Origin: the human T2T-CHM13v2.0 reference genome, Homo sapiens
Reading direction: 5' to 3'
NCBI GenBank assembly: GCA_009914755.4
Contig: CP068257.2
Coordinates: forward strand, 34,656,001-34,720,000
Length of the DNA: 64,000 nt
Shown: positions 39,893-55,228 of the stretch, piece after piece
Layout of the letters: each line of letters begins with the position of its first letter
Numbering within the stretch: the stretch's first letter is position 1
The notes under the pieces: model-generated
Databases searched by the model: none
The model's input: only the letters and a program-made list of their open reading frames with translations
What the model was told of the DNA's origin: nothing
Program-made: the position numbers and the translations under genes

Positions 39893-42800
39893 TTCTTTTT
39901 TTTTTTTTTTTTTAATATACTTTAGGTTCTGTGATACATGTGCAGAACATGCAGGTTTGTTACATAGGTATACATGTGCCATGGTGGCTTGCTGCACCCA
40001 TCAACCTGTCATCTACATTAGGTATTTGTCCTAATGCTATTCCTCCTCTAGCCCCCACCCCCCGATAGGCCCTGGTGTGTGATGTTCCCCTCCCTGTGTC
40101 CAAGTGTTCTCATTATTCTACTCCCACTTATGAGTGAGAACATGCAGTGTTTGGTTTTCTGTTCCTGTGTTAGTTTGCTGAGAATGATGGTTTCTGGCTT
40201 CGTCCATGTCCCTGCAAAGGACATGCACTCATCCTTTTTTATGGCTGCATAGTATTCCATGATGTATATGTGCCACATTTTCTTTATCCAGTCTATCATT
40301 GATGGGCATTTGGGTTGGTTTCAAGTCTTTACTATTGTGAACAGCACTGCAATAAACATATGTGTGCATGTGTTTTTATAGTAGAATGATGTATAATCCT
40401 TTGGGTATATAATACCCAGTAATGCGATTGCTGGGTCAAATGGTATTTCTGGTTCTAGATCTTTGAGGAATCGCCACAATGTCTTCCACAATGGTTGAAC
40501 TAATTTATACTCCCATCAACAGTGTAAAAGCATTCCCTATTTTCCACATCCTCTCTAGCATCTCTTGTTTCCAGACTTTTTAATGATTGCCATTCTAACT
40601 GGCATGATATGGTATCTCATTGTGGTTTTGATTTGCATTTCTCTAATAACTGGTGATGATGAGCTTTTTTTCATATGTTTGTTGGCCGCATAAATATCTT
40701 CTTTTGAGAAGTGTCTGTTCATATCCTTCACCCACTTTTTGATGGGTTTTTTTTTCTTGTAAATTTGTTTAAGTTCTTTGTAGATTCTGGATGTTAGCTT
40801 TTTGTCAGATGGATAGATTGCAAAACTTTTCTCCCATTCTGTAGGTTGCCTGTTCACTCTGATGATAGTTTCTTTTGCTGTGCAGAAGCTCTTTAGTTTA
40901 ATTACATTTGTCAATTTTGACTTTTGTTGCCATTGCTTTTGGTGTTTTAGTCATGAATTCTTTGCCCATGCCTATGTCCTGAATGGTATTGCCTAGGTTT
41001 TCTTCTAGGGTTTTTATGGTTTTAGGTGTTGCATTTAAGTCTTTAATCCATCTTGAGTTAATTTTTATATAAGGTGTAAGGAAGGGATCCAGTTTCAGTT
41101 TTCTGCATATGGCTAGCCAGTTCTCCCAATACCATTTATTGAATAGGGAATCCTTTCCCCATCGCTTGTTTTTATCAGGTTTGTCAAAGTTCAGATGGTT
41201 GTAGATGTGTGGCATTATTTCTGAGGCCTTTGTTCTGTTCCATTGGTCTATCTGTCTGTTTTGGTACCAGTACCATGCTGTTTTGGTTACTGTAACCCTG
41301 TAATATAGTTTGAAGTCAGGTAGCATAATGCCTCCAGCTTTGTTCTTTTTGCTTAGGATTGTCTTGGCTATATGGGCTCTTTTTTGATTCCATATGAAAT
41401 TTAAATTAGCTCCTTCAGGAGCTCTTGTAAGGCAGGCCTAGTGGTGACAAAATCTCAGCATTTGCTTGTCTGTAAAGGATTTTGTTTTTCCTTTGCTTAT
41501 GAAGCTTAGTTTGGCTGGATATGAAATTCTGGGTTGAAAATTCTTTTCTTTAAGATTGTTGAATATTGGCCCCCACTCTCTTCTGGCTTGTAGAGTTTCT
41601 GTAGAGAGATTCACTGTTAGTCTGATGGGCTTCCCTTTGTGGGTAACCCGACCTTTCTCTCTGGCTGCCCTTAACATTTTTTCCTTCATTTCAACCTTGG
41701 TGAAACTAACGATTATGTGTCTTGGGGTTGCTCTTCTTAAGGAGTATCTTTGTGGTGTTCTCTGTATTTCCTGAATTTGAATGTTGGCCTGCCTTGCTAG
41801 GTTGAGGAAGTCCTCCTGGATAATATCCTGAAGAGTATTTTCCAACTTGGTTCCATTCTCCCCATCATTTTCAGGTACACCAATCAAACGTAGGTTTGAT
41901 CTTTTCACATAGCCCCATATTTCTTGGAGGCTTTGTTCGTTCCTTTTCATTCTTTTTTCTCTAATCTTGTCTTCACGCTTTATTTCATTATGTTGATCTT
42001 CAATCTATGATATCCTTTCTTCCGCTTGATTGATTTGACTAGTGATACTTATGTATGCTTCACGAAGTTCTTGTGCTGTGTTTTTCAGCTCCATCAGGTC
42101 ATGCATGTTCTTCTCTAAACTGGGTTTTCTAGTTAGCAATTCATCTAACCTTTTTCAAGGTTCTTAGCTTCCTTGCATTGGGTTAGAACATGCTCCTTTA
42201 GCTCAGAGGAGTTTGTCATTACCCACCTTTTGAAGCCTACTTCTGTTAATTTGTCAAAGTCATTCTCCATCCAGTTTTATTCCCTTGCTGGCAAGGAACT
42301 GTGATCCTTTGGAGGAGAAGAGGCGTTCTGGTTTTTGGAATTTTCAGCCTTTTTTGCGCTGGTTTCTCCTCATCTTCGTGGATTTATCTACCTTTGGTCT
42401 TTGATGTTGCTGACCTTCAGATGGGGTGTCTGTGTGGACGTCCTTCTTGTTTATGTTTATGCTATTGCTTTCTGTTTGTTAGTTTTCCTTCTAATAGTCA
42501 GGCCTCTCTGCTGCAGGTCTGCTGGAGTTTGCTGGAGGTCCACTCCAGACCCTGTTTGCCTGGGTATCACCAGCAGAGGTTGCAGAACAGCAAAGATTGC
42601 TGCCTGTTCCTTCCTCTGGAAGCTTCGTCCCAGAGGGGCACCCACCAGATGCCAGTGGGAGCTCTCCTGTATGAGGTGTCTGTCAATCCCTGGTGGGAGG
42701 TGTCTCCTAGTCAGGTGGCAGAAGGGTCAGGGACCCACTTGAGGAGGCAGTCTGTCCCTTAGCAGAGCTCAAGCACTGTGCTGGGAGATCTGCTGCTCTC

Positions 42801-43723
42801 TTCAGAGCTGGCAGGCAGGGATGTTTAATTCCGCCGAAGCTGCACCCACAGCCACCCCTTCCCCCAGGTGTTCTGTCCCAGGGAGATGGGAGTTTTATCT
42901 ATAAGCCCCTGACTGGGGTTGCTGCCTTTCTTTCAGAAATGCCCTGCCCAGAGAGGAGGAATCTAGAGAGGCAGTCTGGCTATGGAGGCTTTGCTGAGCT
43001 GCAGTGGGCTCCCCACCAGTTCGAACTTCCCTGCAGTTTTGTTTACACTGTGAGGGGAAAACTGCCTACTCAAGCTTCAGTAATGGTGGATGCCCCCACC
43101 CTTCACTAAGCTTAAGCGTCCCAGGTCGACTTCAGATTGCTGTGCTGGCAGCGAGAATTTCAGGCCAGTGGATCTTAGCTTGCTGGGCTCTGTGGGGTTG
43201 GGATCCGTTGAGCTAGACCACTTGGTTCCCTGGCTTCAGCCCCCTTTCCAGGGGAGTGAACGGTTCTGTCTCACTGGCATTCCAGGCGTCACTGGGGTAT
43301 GAAAAAAAACTGCAGCTAGCTCAGTGTCTGCTCAAATGGCCACCCAATTTTGTGCTTGAAACCCAGGGTCCTGGTGGTGTAGGCACCCAGGGGAGTCTCC
43401 TGGTGTGCAGGTTGTGAAGACTGTGGGAAAAGTGTAGTAGTATCTGGGCTGGAGTGCACCGTTCCTCAAGGCACAGTTCCTCCCAGCTTCCCTTGGGTAG
43501 AGGAGGGAGTTCCCCGGCCCCTTGCACTTCCCGGGTGAGGTGACGCCCCACCCTGCTTCTGTTCACCCTCTGTGGGCTGCACCCACTGTCTAAGCAGTCT
43601 CAATGAGATGAGCCGGGTACCTCAGTTGGAAATGCATCAATCACCTGCCTTCTGCGTTGGTCTCACTGGGAGACAAGCTGCAGACAAGAGCTGTTCCTAT
43701 TCGGCCATCTTGCTACTCCCCCC
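39893..43723 (-). mobile_element. L1 (older L1PA/L1PB-type): 5'UTR and poly-A present, about 2.5-3 kb internal deletion removing most of ORF2 and the ORF1 C-terminal end, flanked by target-site duplications
   Basis: The plus strand reads as antisense L1. Poly-T lies at 39895-39913. It is followed by the reverse complement of the L1 3'UTR and of the ORF2 C-terminal region. Minus-strand ORFs 40555..40914 and 40898..41326 match ORF2p. The sequence then jumps at about 41395 to the ORF1p C-terminal region (ORF 41438..41950 reads …EMKEKMLRAAREKGRVTHKGKPIRL…). About 1.4 kb of 5'UTR follows, ending GGAGCTGTTCCTATTCGGCCATCTTG…CCCCCC at 43723. The TSD is ctgttgttctt at 39886-39896 and 43724-43734. Confidence 0.85.
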
Positions 43724-43806
43724 TCTGTTGTTCTTAAACGGACACACTCGTGCATGTTGTTCCACTTGCTCCTGTCTTGGGGTTGATGAGGATGCCTTTT
43801 AGCTGT

Positions 43807-44065
43807 TTTTTTTATTTTTTTATTTTTGAGATAGAGTCTCACTCTGTTGCCCAGGCTGGAGTGCGATCCTCCCACCTCAGCCTCCCGAGCAGTTAGGACT
43901 ACAGGTGTGCACCACCACGCCCAGAAAATTTTTTAATTTTTTTATTTTTTTTGTGGAGATGGGGTCTCCCCATGTTGCCCAGGCTGGTCTCCTGGGCTCG
44001 AGTGATCCGCCCATCTCAGCCTCCCAAAGTGCTGGGGTTACAGGCTTGAGACATGACACCCAGCC
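43807..44065 (-). mobile_element. Two truncated antisense Alu pieces (43807-43923 and 43925-44065) just beyond the L1 5' end
   Basis: T-rich + gagatagagtctcactctgttgcccaggctggagtgcgatcctcccacctcagcctcccgagcagttaggactacaggtgtgcaccaccacgcccag. Then T-rich + gtggagatggggtctccccatgttgcccaggctggtctcctgggctcgagtgatccgcccatctcagcctcccaaagtgctggggttacaggcttgag…. Confidence 0.7.
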
Positions 44066-44480
44066 CTCTATGTGTTTTTATGGAGGGATTTATGTAGTGG
44101 TATTTTTGGGGTGGCTCAAAAACCATGTCCTCACACTATCTTTCCAGAATCCTCTCAACCTTAGGAAAATTTGAAGACATACTCTATTGTACAACAGGTT
44201 GTGCAGACCAGTCTGTTGTACAATAGGTTATGTCATCAATTCATCACTATCCTACTGCACTTCATCAATTCATCACTATCCTACTGCACTCTCTGTCTCC
44301 AATGCCAGGCTCTAATTACACTTGTCCCATATCAGTTCCTCAAACATGAGCAGCCCTTTCCAAATCTCTAGGCCTCTGCTGTTGTTTTTCTGGAATTGCA
44401 GAGTTGTGTCTCCCTCGAATGCTGTCCCTCTGAATTCTTTGGAAATTCCTCTCTATCCTGGTTACTTACTTCTTTGATCG

Positions 44481-44768
44481 GGCATGGTGGCTCACGACTA
44501 TAATTCCAGCACTTCGGGAGGCCAAAGAAGGTGGAGCACTTGAGCCCAGGAGTTCAAGGCCAGCATGGGCAACACAGCAAGACCCCTTTCTCTATAAAAA
44601 ATATTTTAAAAATCAGCTGAGTGTGGTGGCACACACCCGTTGTCCCAACTACTTGGGAGACTAAGGCGGGAGGATTGCTTGAACCCAAGAGTTCAAGGTT
44701 GCAGTGAGCTATGATTGTGCCACTGTACTCCAGCCTGGGCAACAGAGTCTCTAGAAAAAGAAAAAAAT
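44481..44768 (+). mobile_element. Alu (AluJ-like)
   Basis: gggcatggtggctcacgactataattccagcacttcgggaggccaaagaaggtggagcacttgagcccaggagttcaaggcc … tail gaaaaagaaaaaaa. Confidence 0.85.
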
Positions 44769-44770
44769 CC

Positions 44771-45542
<772 letters not shown>

Positions 45543-45551
45543 GCTAATTCA

Positions 45552-45692
45552 ATTTTTTTTTTTTTTTTTTTTTGTAAAGATGAGGTCTCCTCGTGTTGCC
45601 CAGGCTCGTCTCGAACTCCTGGGTTCAAGAGACCCTCGCAATGTAGCCTCTCAAAGTGCTGAGATTACAGACATGAGCCACTGCACCCAGCC
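45552..45692 (-). mobile_element. Alu monomer-like fragment
   Basis: T-run + gtaaagatgaggtctcctcgtgttgcccaggctcgtctcgaactcctgggttcaagagaccctcgcaatgtagcctctcaaagtgctgagattacagacatgagccactgcacccagcc. Confidence 0.7.
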
Positions 45693-45713
45693 AATTTCTC
45701 TTTCTAAAAATAA

Positions 45714-46001
<288 letters not shown>

Positions 46002-46017
46002 TATGCCTTTAGGACTC

Positions 46018-46318
<301 letters not shown>

Positions 46319-46600
46319 CAGAACTCTTTTTTTTTTTTTTAAATCATGAGTTAGATTGATAGTTTTCAGGGCAAATCCAAACAGTCTACATTAATTTCCG
46401 TCTTTATTTCGTTAAGGTTTCACATGGACACTGGTGGATATGGAATGGCTTTTTTCTGCGCAATTCACATCCGACCAGGTCAAGTGACTGGAGTTCACCG
46501 GTCTCGGGTATACCGCATCTCGCGCCAGGCTTCAAACTCTAGATCCCCGAGTCTCGAGCTCCAGCTGGGTGTCGAGACGGGTACGGGCCGGCCGCGCCTC

Positions 46601-46610
46601 GCGCATGCGC
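46601..46610. promoter_or_regulatory. NRF1 consensus site GCGCATGCGC (palindrome)
   Basis: Exact match to the NRF1 core palindrome, about 250 bp upstream of the ATG. Confidence 0.55.
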
Positions 46611-46717
46611 CCTAGGCCCGCAGGGCCCCGCGCTGGAAGCTCAGCTCCCACTGTACCCTGCTTTAACCAGTCAGGCAATTCATCTTCCCCAAGCTCCCAA
46701 TTCGGCATTGCCTGGAG

Positions 46718-46726
46718 GCGGAAGTG
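46718..46726 (+). promoter_or_regulatory. ETS/GABP-type site GCGGAAGTG
   Basis: GGAA core in a CGGAAGTG context. A second copy lies 38 bp downstream. Confidence 0.5.
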
Positions 46727-46755
46727 GGTGGGAGGGGCCAGACGTGCGCCCCTCC

Positions 46756-46764
46756 CCGGAAGTG
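46756..46764 (+). promoter_or_regulatory. ETS/GABP-type site CCGGAAGTG followed by a GC box GGGCGG
   Basis: The ETS consensus CCGGAAGT is immediately followed by GGGCGG (an Sp1-like GC box). Confidence 0.5.
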
Positions 46765-46849
46765 GGCGGTACCCATAGGGCTCCACAGTCGTTCCGCCAC
46801 CTCCCAGTCGGGTTGCGGCGGAGGCCGTTCCTGGCTTTGTAGCTCGCTC

Positions 46850-46860
46850 AAGATGGCGGC
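46850..46860 (+). promoter_or_regulatory. YY1 core motif AAGATGGCGGC overlapping the MORC3 start codon
   Basis: Matches the classic YY1 consensus AAnATGGCG/GCCATnTT. The ATG of the motif is the initiator ATG. Confidence 0.5.
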
Positions 46861-46891
46861 GCAGCCACCCCGCGGGATACGCCTCAGCGCG
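46853..46891 (+). CDS. MORC3: MORC3 exon 1 coding part (MAAQPPRGIRLSA). The exon start (TSS) is not determinable and probably lies about 46780-46850
   Basis: ATG in a strong Kozak context (caagATGG). Thirteen codons are followed by donor GTGAGC at 46892. The peptide is identical to the MORC3 N-terminus. Confidence 0.9.
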
Positions 46892-48242
46892 GTGAGCAGC
46901 CGCGAGGGGTGGAGCGGGCCGTGTCCCAGGAGGGCGGGCGGGCAAGCGAAGGGGGGCCGGCAGTGGGCGGTGGCGGCTTGTGGGGCCGACGCGGCGGCGG
47001 GGGCTGCGGCGGGGCCCGGGGAGGGGGCGGCCATCTCGCTCCCGTCGGCGGAACAGCTCGGCTGCGGGCCGGGCTGCGTTCCGTCGCCTCTGCATTGTGT
47101 TTCTGTTTTGCTTCGGGGCGGGCCAGGGTCGCGGCTCCTCCTCCCAGCTCCCTCCTAGTCTCCCAGCAGCTGTCGTCCGCGGGCGAGGCCTCGGCGGGAG
47201 ATCGGTCTGCTCTCGGGGCCGCGGGGCCCCTGACCCTCTTCTGTCCGCTGGGCGTCGTGGTGGGAGGGAGCGGGTTCCGCGTCCAGAAACGCCGGCGGCC
47301 TCGACGTCCCGGGGGCGGGGGGACGGGGCTGCGGGCCTGCCTGCGGGCGAGTGGAGTCAGGATGAGTGTGCCTGATGCCTGTCAGTGCCTGCAGCTTCCT
47401 TGGCAGTGGAAGCCTTGGGGCCCAGACCCTAGATCGCTGAGCTCGAGCTCTCCTCTTTATCCCGCGTTGCGTCTGTTTTGGGGCGTTTCGAGTTCTTGGA
47501 AACCCTGTGAACATTTCTTGTATCTTAAATCGTAGGGAGCGGTCACACAAGATAACTTGAAATCTCACGTCCAGGAAATGTGGGCGTGGCTTCCCCACCT
47601 GATTATCCTAAAAAACTTTTCTACCTTGTGAGCGCAGTTGATGTTATGCTGAAATGTTCCTCTTTTCTGGAGGTTGTTGACTTTTGCCAAAGAATGACTG
47701 CCCTAGTGCCACTAATTTTAACATTCGAATGGGTAGTGACTCCTTGGGGTACAAACATGTAGTGAATAATTGGTGCATTGCTCTGGGACTTTCATTCGTT
47801 TAGGCAGATTCTAACACCTGGTTTTGACGGACTTTAAATTTTTTCTAGTCCGATATTTGTGAAATGATAGTTGCTTTTACTTGCGTTTCCTTGACTGTTT
47901 GTGTTGTTGAGCTCTTCGCATGTATTAGTCTTTGTGGTTTTTTGTTTTGTTTTTTTGAATTGCCTATTCATATCCTTTGACCATTTTCTGTTTTTCTTTT
48001 GGGAGGATCTTTATTGATTTGTAAGAGTTCTTTACGTATTCTGGATAAAGGTCCATCCTTTCGTTATGTAACTAGCTTATTGAGTGAGCTAGGCTTTAGT
48101 AGTTTGAAAATAGAGGACAATTTTATTCTTTTTTTCTTTTTTTTTTTTTTAACCACTGAGTGTAAACATTAATTATTCCCCACTTGTGTGAATCTGGGTT
48201 GACTAACGCTTTCCCATTAGCTTAAGGTATTGTAAAGTCTGG

Positions 48243-48440
48243 CCTTACCTAGTTTAAAATCTCTATTCTCTCTCCCTCCCTTTTCCCCCTCTCTTTCCCC
48301 TATCTCCTTTCCCCACTTCTCTCTCCTTCCCCTCTCGAGGTTGAGTCTTGTTCAGGCCCAGAAACCTGTAGTGGAGAAGCGGAGTGAGTTGATTTCCTGT
48401 TTCTGTCCTTTGATTCTCTTCTCCCTTCCCGCCCCCAGGC
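48243..48440. repeat. Polypyrimidine (CT)-rich tract in MORC3 intron 1
   Basis: ctctattctctctccctcccttttccccctctctttcccctatctcctttccccacttctctctccttcccctctcgag … ttctcttctcccttcccgccccc. Strongly strand-asymmetric pyrimidine/purine. Confidence 0.8.
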
Positions 48441-48945
48441 CCTTGTAGACTCTGGCTCTTCAAGATTGAGGGGAGAAAGGAAGCAGAGATAATGGTCAGT
48501 GTTTAGAGACCAGCATTGTTAGCGGGCACTCTGGGTGTAGCTGCTGTCCATGTGCTGGGTCTTTGTTTTGTGGGTAATATGGGCTGTTGGGAACCTGACT
48601 GACAGAAATCTCCCATCTGCAGCCTCTTTGCTTTTGCTTTAGGTCAGGAGTTGGCAAACTACATACAGCTCATGGGCCAAATCCAGCCCAGCACCTGTTT
48701 TTGTGTGGCCTGAAGGCTAAGAGTGATTTATACATTTGTAAATGGTTGAGAAAAAAAGAAGAATGTTTAGTGACATAAAAATTATGCGAAATACAAATTT
48801 CAGTTTCCATAAAATTTTATTGGAATATAGCCAGAAACATTATTTGCTTATAGTTTTCAAATGCATGCGTTAAGAGATAAAAATTAATGAGCTTATGTAT
48901 TTGTCAAAAGTCCTACATTTTAAGGCACAAAGGGTGAACCCTTAG

Positions 48946-49258
<313 letters not shown>

Positions 49259-50275
49259 CCAATGTATACACATTTTAAACAGTCATTTAGGAGGTCGGAG
49301 ATCCCAGGATGAAATGCAGAGTGACAAAAAGTTTTTAAATTTTTTGCTTTTTACCCCTGTAATTCTAGTGAAATGAAATGCATATACTTTGGTTTTTGTT
49401 GTTGATTTTTTTTTTCAGAAATGCTGCTGTGGATTTAGCTGATGCACACTCTTCACCACCTCCCATACTTCAATGCTTTTTTCACTTTTTTTGGTTGAAT
49501 TACTATATGGTTTGTTATTACTCTTACAAATGAGCTAGCCAGGGTAGTATGATTGCATTTTCTTTCCTATACAAACCTTTTGTTTTCCCTGAAGTTAATT
49601 GATTTATATTTTGTTTTCTTAGTTTTTCTCTGTACTGATCATCCAGACATCCAGAGAACTGGGAGCTCTTTTCCAGATGGATTCAGACACACCCAGTGTT
49701 TTGTCATTTGGAAGTCAGTTGGGAGTCATCGGCTCAGTCGTAATTTGGGGACTTCCCTTTAACATCTGTCTGGAAATTTCCTTCCTCTTTTCATGTGTCT
49801 CCATCTCACATATCCTTCTGTCTGATATGTAGCTTAGTGACTGCCATTCTGAAGCCTACTCTCTCGGGTTCAAATCCTGACTCATAACCAGATGTATGTC
49901 CTTGGCCAAGTCATTTAACCTCTTTGTGCCAGAGTTTCCAATCTGAATGTTGGCAATAATAATCTTGCACACCTCAAAGTGTTGTTTTAAAAATTACATG
50001 AGCAGATAGATAAATAAAAGGGCTGTGCGTGCCGTAGGTGCACAATAATGTTTGCTGTTTTTGTTATTGTTAGTGGTGGAGAATATCCACCACTAACAAT
50101 AACACCACTTCCAGAAACAGGTGTAGCTTCCTGAAAAAAGGGTTCATGGGAAGAAAAAAATTTCATCATTTCTTGAAAATACATTCATGCTACCCTTGCT
50201 CTTTCTTTAATTATAATTTGGCTGGATTTGCATTCTGGATTGGAAATTCTTTCCGAATTTTAAAGACGTGCTTGA

Positions 50276-50766
<491 letters not shown>

Positions 50767-50865
50767 TAGTTTTAATTGTTACAAGCAATGTCTTAGCTTT
50801 TGAATGTCTTTTTGAATTCTCCCTGGACAAAATGTTCATTCTTATTGCTAGATACATTAACTGTA

Positions 50866-51164
<299 letters not shown>

Positions 51165-51182
51165 TAACCGTAGTATTTTTGA

Positions 51183-51596
<414 letters not shown>

Positions 51597-52522
51597 GCCT
51601 TCTCACATTTTTAAGTGAGACACTTAAAGCTGACTGCAAAATTTTCATACATGAATAGAGCTAGTCCTTTGGTGGGCTTCACTGTTGGGTGATCACATAG
51701 GAAGGAGTCATTTTGTTGGGGGTGCTCTATGTTGGTATTTGTAGACCATAAAAAATGGGAACTGTTGGACCATAAGTATATTTTTAAAAACTGAAAATTT
51801 TAAAAAGTAATTTTAAAAAACGAGAACAACAAAAACAAGATGCTATCCAGAAAAGCCAGGCGGAATTGCTAAGAACCAAATAGAACTTTGAGAAATCAGC
51901 TTCCCAAGGAGGAATTCTACGTCTGGTCTCCTGCCATGGCATAATTCTGGCTGCTAGCTCTTGGAAATTGGCATGAAAGGAAGAAAGGCGTATCACATTG
52001 TTCAGTTTGCTGACTTGCTGTTTGTTTGATTATTTGTTTATTATTGTAATAAAACACATGTAGCAAACAATTTATGCTAACCATTTTAAAGTTTCAATTC
52101 AGTAGTGCTAAGTACATTCACATGGTTGTGTAATAACCAGTCTCCAGAACTCTTCTTGTTGGGAAACTAAAACCCTGTTCCCGTTAAATAGTAACTTCTC
52201 CAGCACCTGACAAACACTATTCTACTTTCTGTCTAGGAATTTGACTACGGTAGTCCCCCCTTATCTGCAGTTTTGCTTTCTTCGGTTTTAATTACCCAAA
52301 GTCAACCATGGTCTGAAAGTATTAAATGGAAAATTGTAGAAATAGTTCATAAATTCTAAACTGTGCCCCCATCTGAGTAGCACCTGGAATGTGAATCATC
52401 CCTTTGTCCAGTGTATCCACACTGTGGATATATGATGCCAACCTATTAGTCACTTAGTAGCTGTGGTTATCAGATTTGCTGTTGTTGTATCATTCTATTT
52501 TATTATTAAATTATTGTTAATT

Positions 52523-52810
<288 letters not shown>

Positions 52811-52825
52811 AATAAATTATTGTTA

Positions 52826-53146
<321 letters not shown>

Positions 53147-53329
53147 TTATTTATAAGTTGAACTTTATCATACATATGTATACTGCAGTTTTAGGAATCC
53201 ACTGAGGGTCTTGAGATGCATTCTCTGAGAATAAGGGGAGACTGCTGTACTCCTATCAGTGGAATTATACAATATTTGACTTGTGACTGCCTTATTCATT
53301 AATGTCTTCACGGTTCATCCATGTTGTAG

Positions 53330-53706
<377 letters not shown>

Positions 53707-53744
53707 CAAATTTAAATTTAAAGATATTAATTGGCTTTATTTCT

Positions 53745-54040
53745 TTTTTTTTTTTTTTTTTTTTTTTTTTTGAGACAGACACTCCCAGGCTGGAGTGTAG
53801 TGGTGAGATCTCTCAGCTCACTGCAACCTCTTCCTCCCATGTTCAAGCAATTCTCCTGCCACAGCCTCCTGAGTAGCTGGGATTACAGGCGCTCACCACC
53901 ACACCTGGCTAATTTTTTTGGCTTTTGGTAGAGACGGGGTTTTGCCATGTTGGCCAGGCTCGTCTCCTAACCTCAAGTGTTCTGCCCGCCTCAGCCTCCC
54001 AAAGTGCTGGGATTACAGGAGTGAACCACCGTGCTTGGCC
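53745..54040 (-). mobile_element. Alu
   Basis: T-run (about 35 nt), gagacagacactcccaggctggagtgtagtggtgag … ggattacaggagtgaaccaccgtgcttggcc. Confidence 0.9.
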
Positions 54041-54445
54041 TTTATTTCCTATTCTGGAATTGGGCAACACTTCTTCCATAAAATACAGTAAGTGTTCTAG
54101 TGAACTGAACAGAGGAGGCTGGCTTTGTAGACAGAAAAAGGCCGAAAGAAAGCAGAAACAAAGAACAAAAAGCAGATACGTCATTTCAAAGTTAAAAACA
54201 ATAGATAAATAACTGACTGACATCAGGTTACTTTTTGTTGTAAAACAACAAAATGGAGGGAACTTATTATCTGTCATACCAGTTGATGACTGAAACTGAC
54301 CTGTTCGGTAAATTGGCTGTTATCTCCCTTGATTTCGCTGAAGGTCAGATAACAACTTAGTTTCAGTTTGGTGACTGAAATTTTAGCATGGGTGACTCCA
54401 TTTTGATTTTTAGTCTGTTTTTGGAGGCCTAGAGCAGGAGCTTAG

Positions 54446-54799
<354 letters not shown>

Positions 54800-54932
54800 T
54801 GATATGATCAAAAATGTATATTTGTTCTTTGTCCTGGTTCTTGGCACTGGAGTTCCTGAAATCTTTGGTATTTCCTGATAACTATGAGTGGAACATCTTT
54901 TGTTATTTATAATAATAAGCCCCCCCCCGCCT

Positions 54933-55228
54933 TTTTTTTTTTTTTTTTTAACCACACCTTAGTTCATGCTCCCTCTGTCGCCCAGGCTGGAGTGCAGTGG
55001 CGCCATCGCAGTCTCCACCTACTGGGTTCAAGTGATTCTCCCGCTTCAGCCTCCCCAGTAGCTGGGACACAGGCGCGCACCACCACGCCTGGATATTTTT
55101 TGTATTTTTAGTAGAGACAAGGTTTCGCCATGTTGGCCAGGCTGGTCTTGAACTCCTAACCTCAGTTGACCTACTCACCTCGGCTTCCCAAAGTGGTGGG
55201 ATTACAGGCATGAGCCACCGCGCCTGGC
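54933..55228 (-). mobile_element. Alu
   Basis: T-run after cccccccc, …ctccctctgtcgcccaggctggagtgcagtggcgcc … ggattacaggcatgagccaccgcgcctggcc. Confidence 0.9.

Larger units (their letters stand above)
46470..47500. promoter_or_regulatory. MORC3: CpG island spanning the MORC3 promoter, exon 1 and the start of intron 1
   Basis: Sharp transition from Alu and AT-rich sequence to very high G+C content with dense CpG. Examples are gcgcgccaggc, cggccgcgcctcgcgcatgcgc and ggcggcgggggctgcggcgg. No TATA box is present. Confidence 0.85.

Noticed and set aside
40555-42762. ORFs 40555..40914, 40898..41326, 41438..41950 (minus) and 42301..42762, 42335..42742 (plus)
   Set aside because: The minus-strand ones are decayed L1 ORF2p or ORF1p fragments of the internally deleted L1. 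The plus-strand ones are spurious antisense reads of the L1 ORF1/5'UTR. They are not host genes.
46724-46852. Upstream in-frame extension of the MORC3 ORF reported by the ORF track (MGGRGQTCAPP… starting at 46724)
   Set aside because: The 'M' corresponds to a GTG, not an ATG. The first in-frame ATG with a Kozak context, and the one matching the known protein N-terminus, is at 46853.
46532-47598. Long overlapping ORFs on both strands in the GC-rich block (for example 46909..47535 + 208 aa, 46532..47095 - 187 aa, 46980..47375 + 131 aa), Arg/Gly/Pro/Ala-rich
   Set aside because: They are a compositional artefact of a 70% or higher G+C CpG island, where stop codons are rare. Only the short MAAQPPRGIRLSA segment followed by a canonical donor is supported as coding (MORC3 exon 1).
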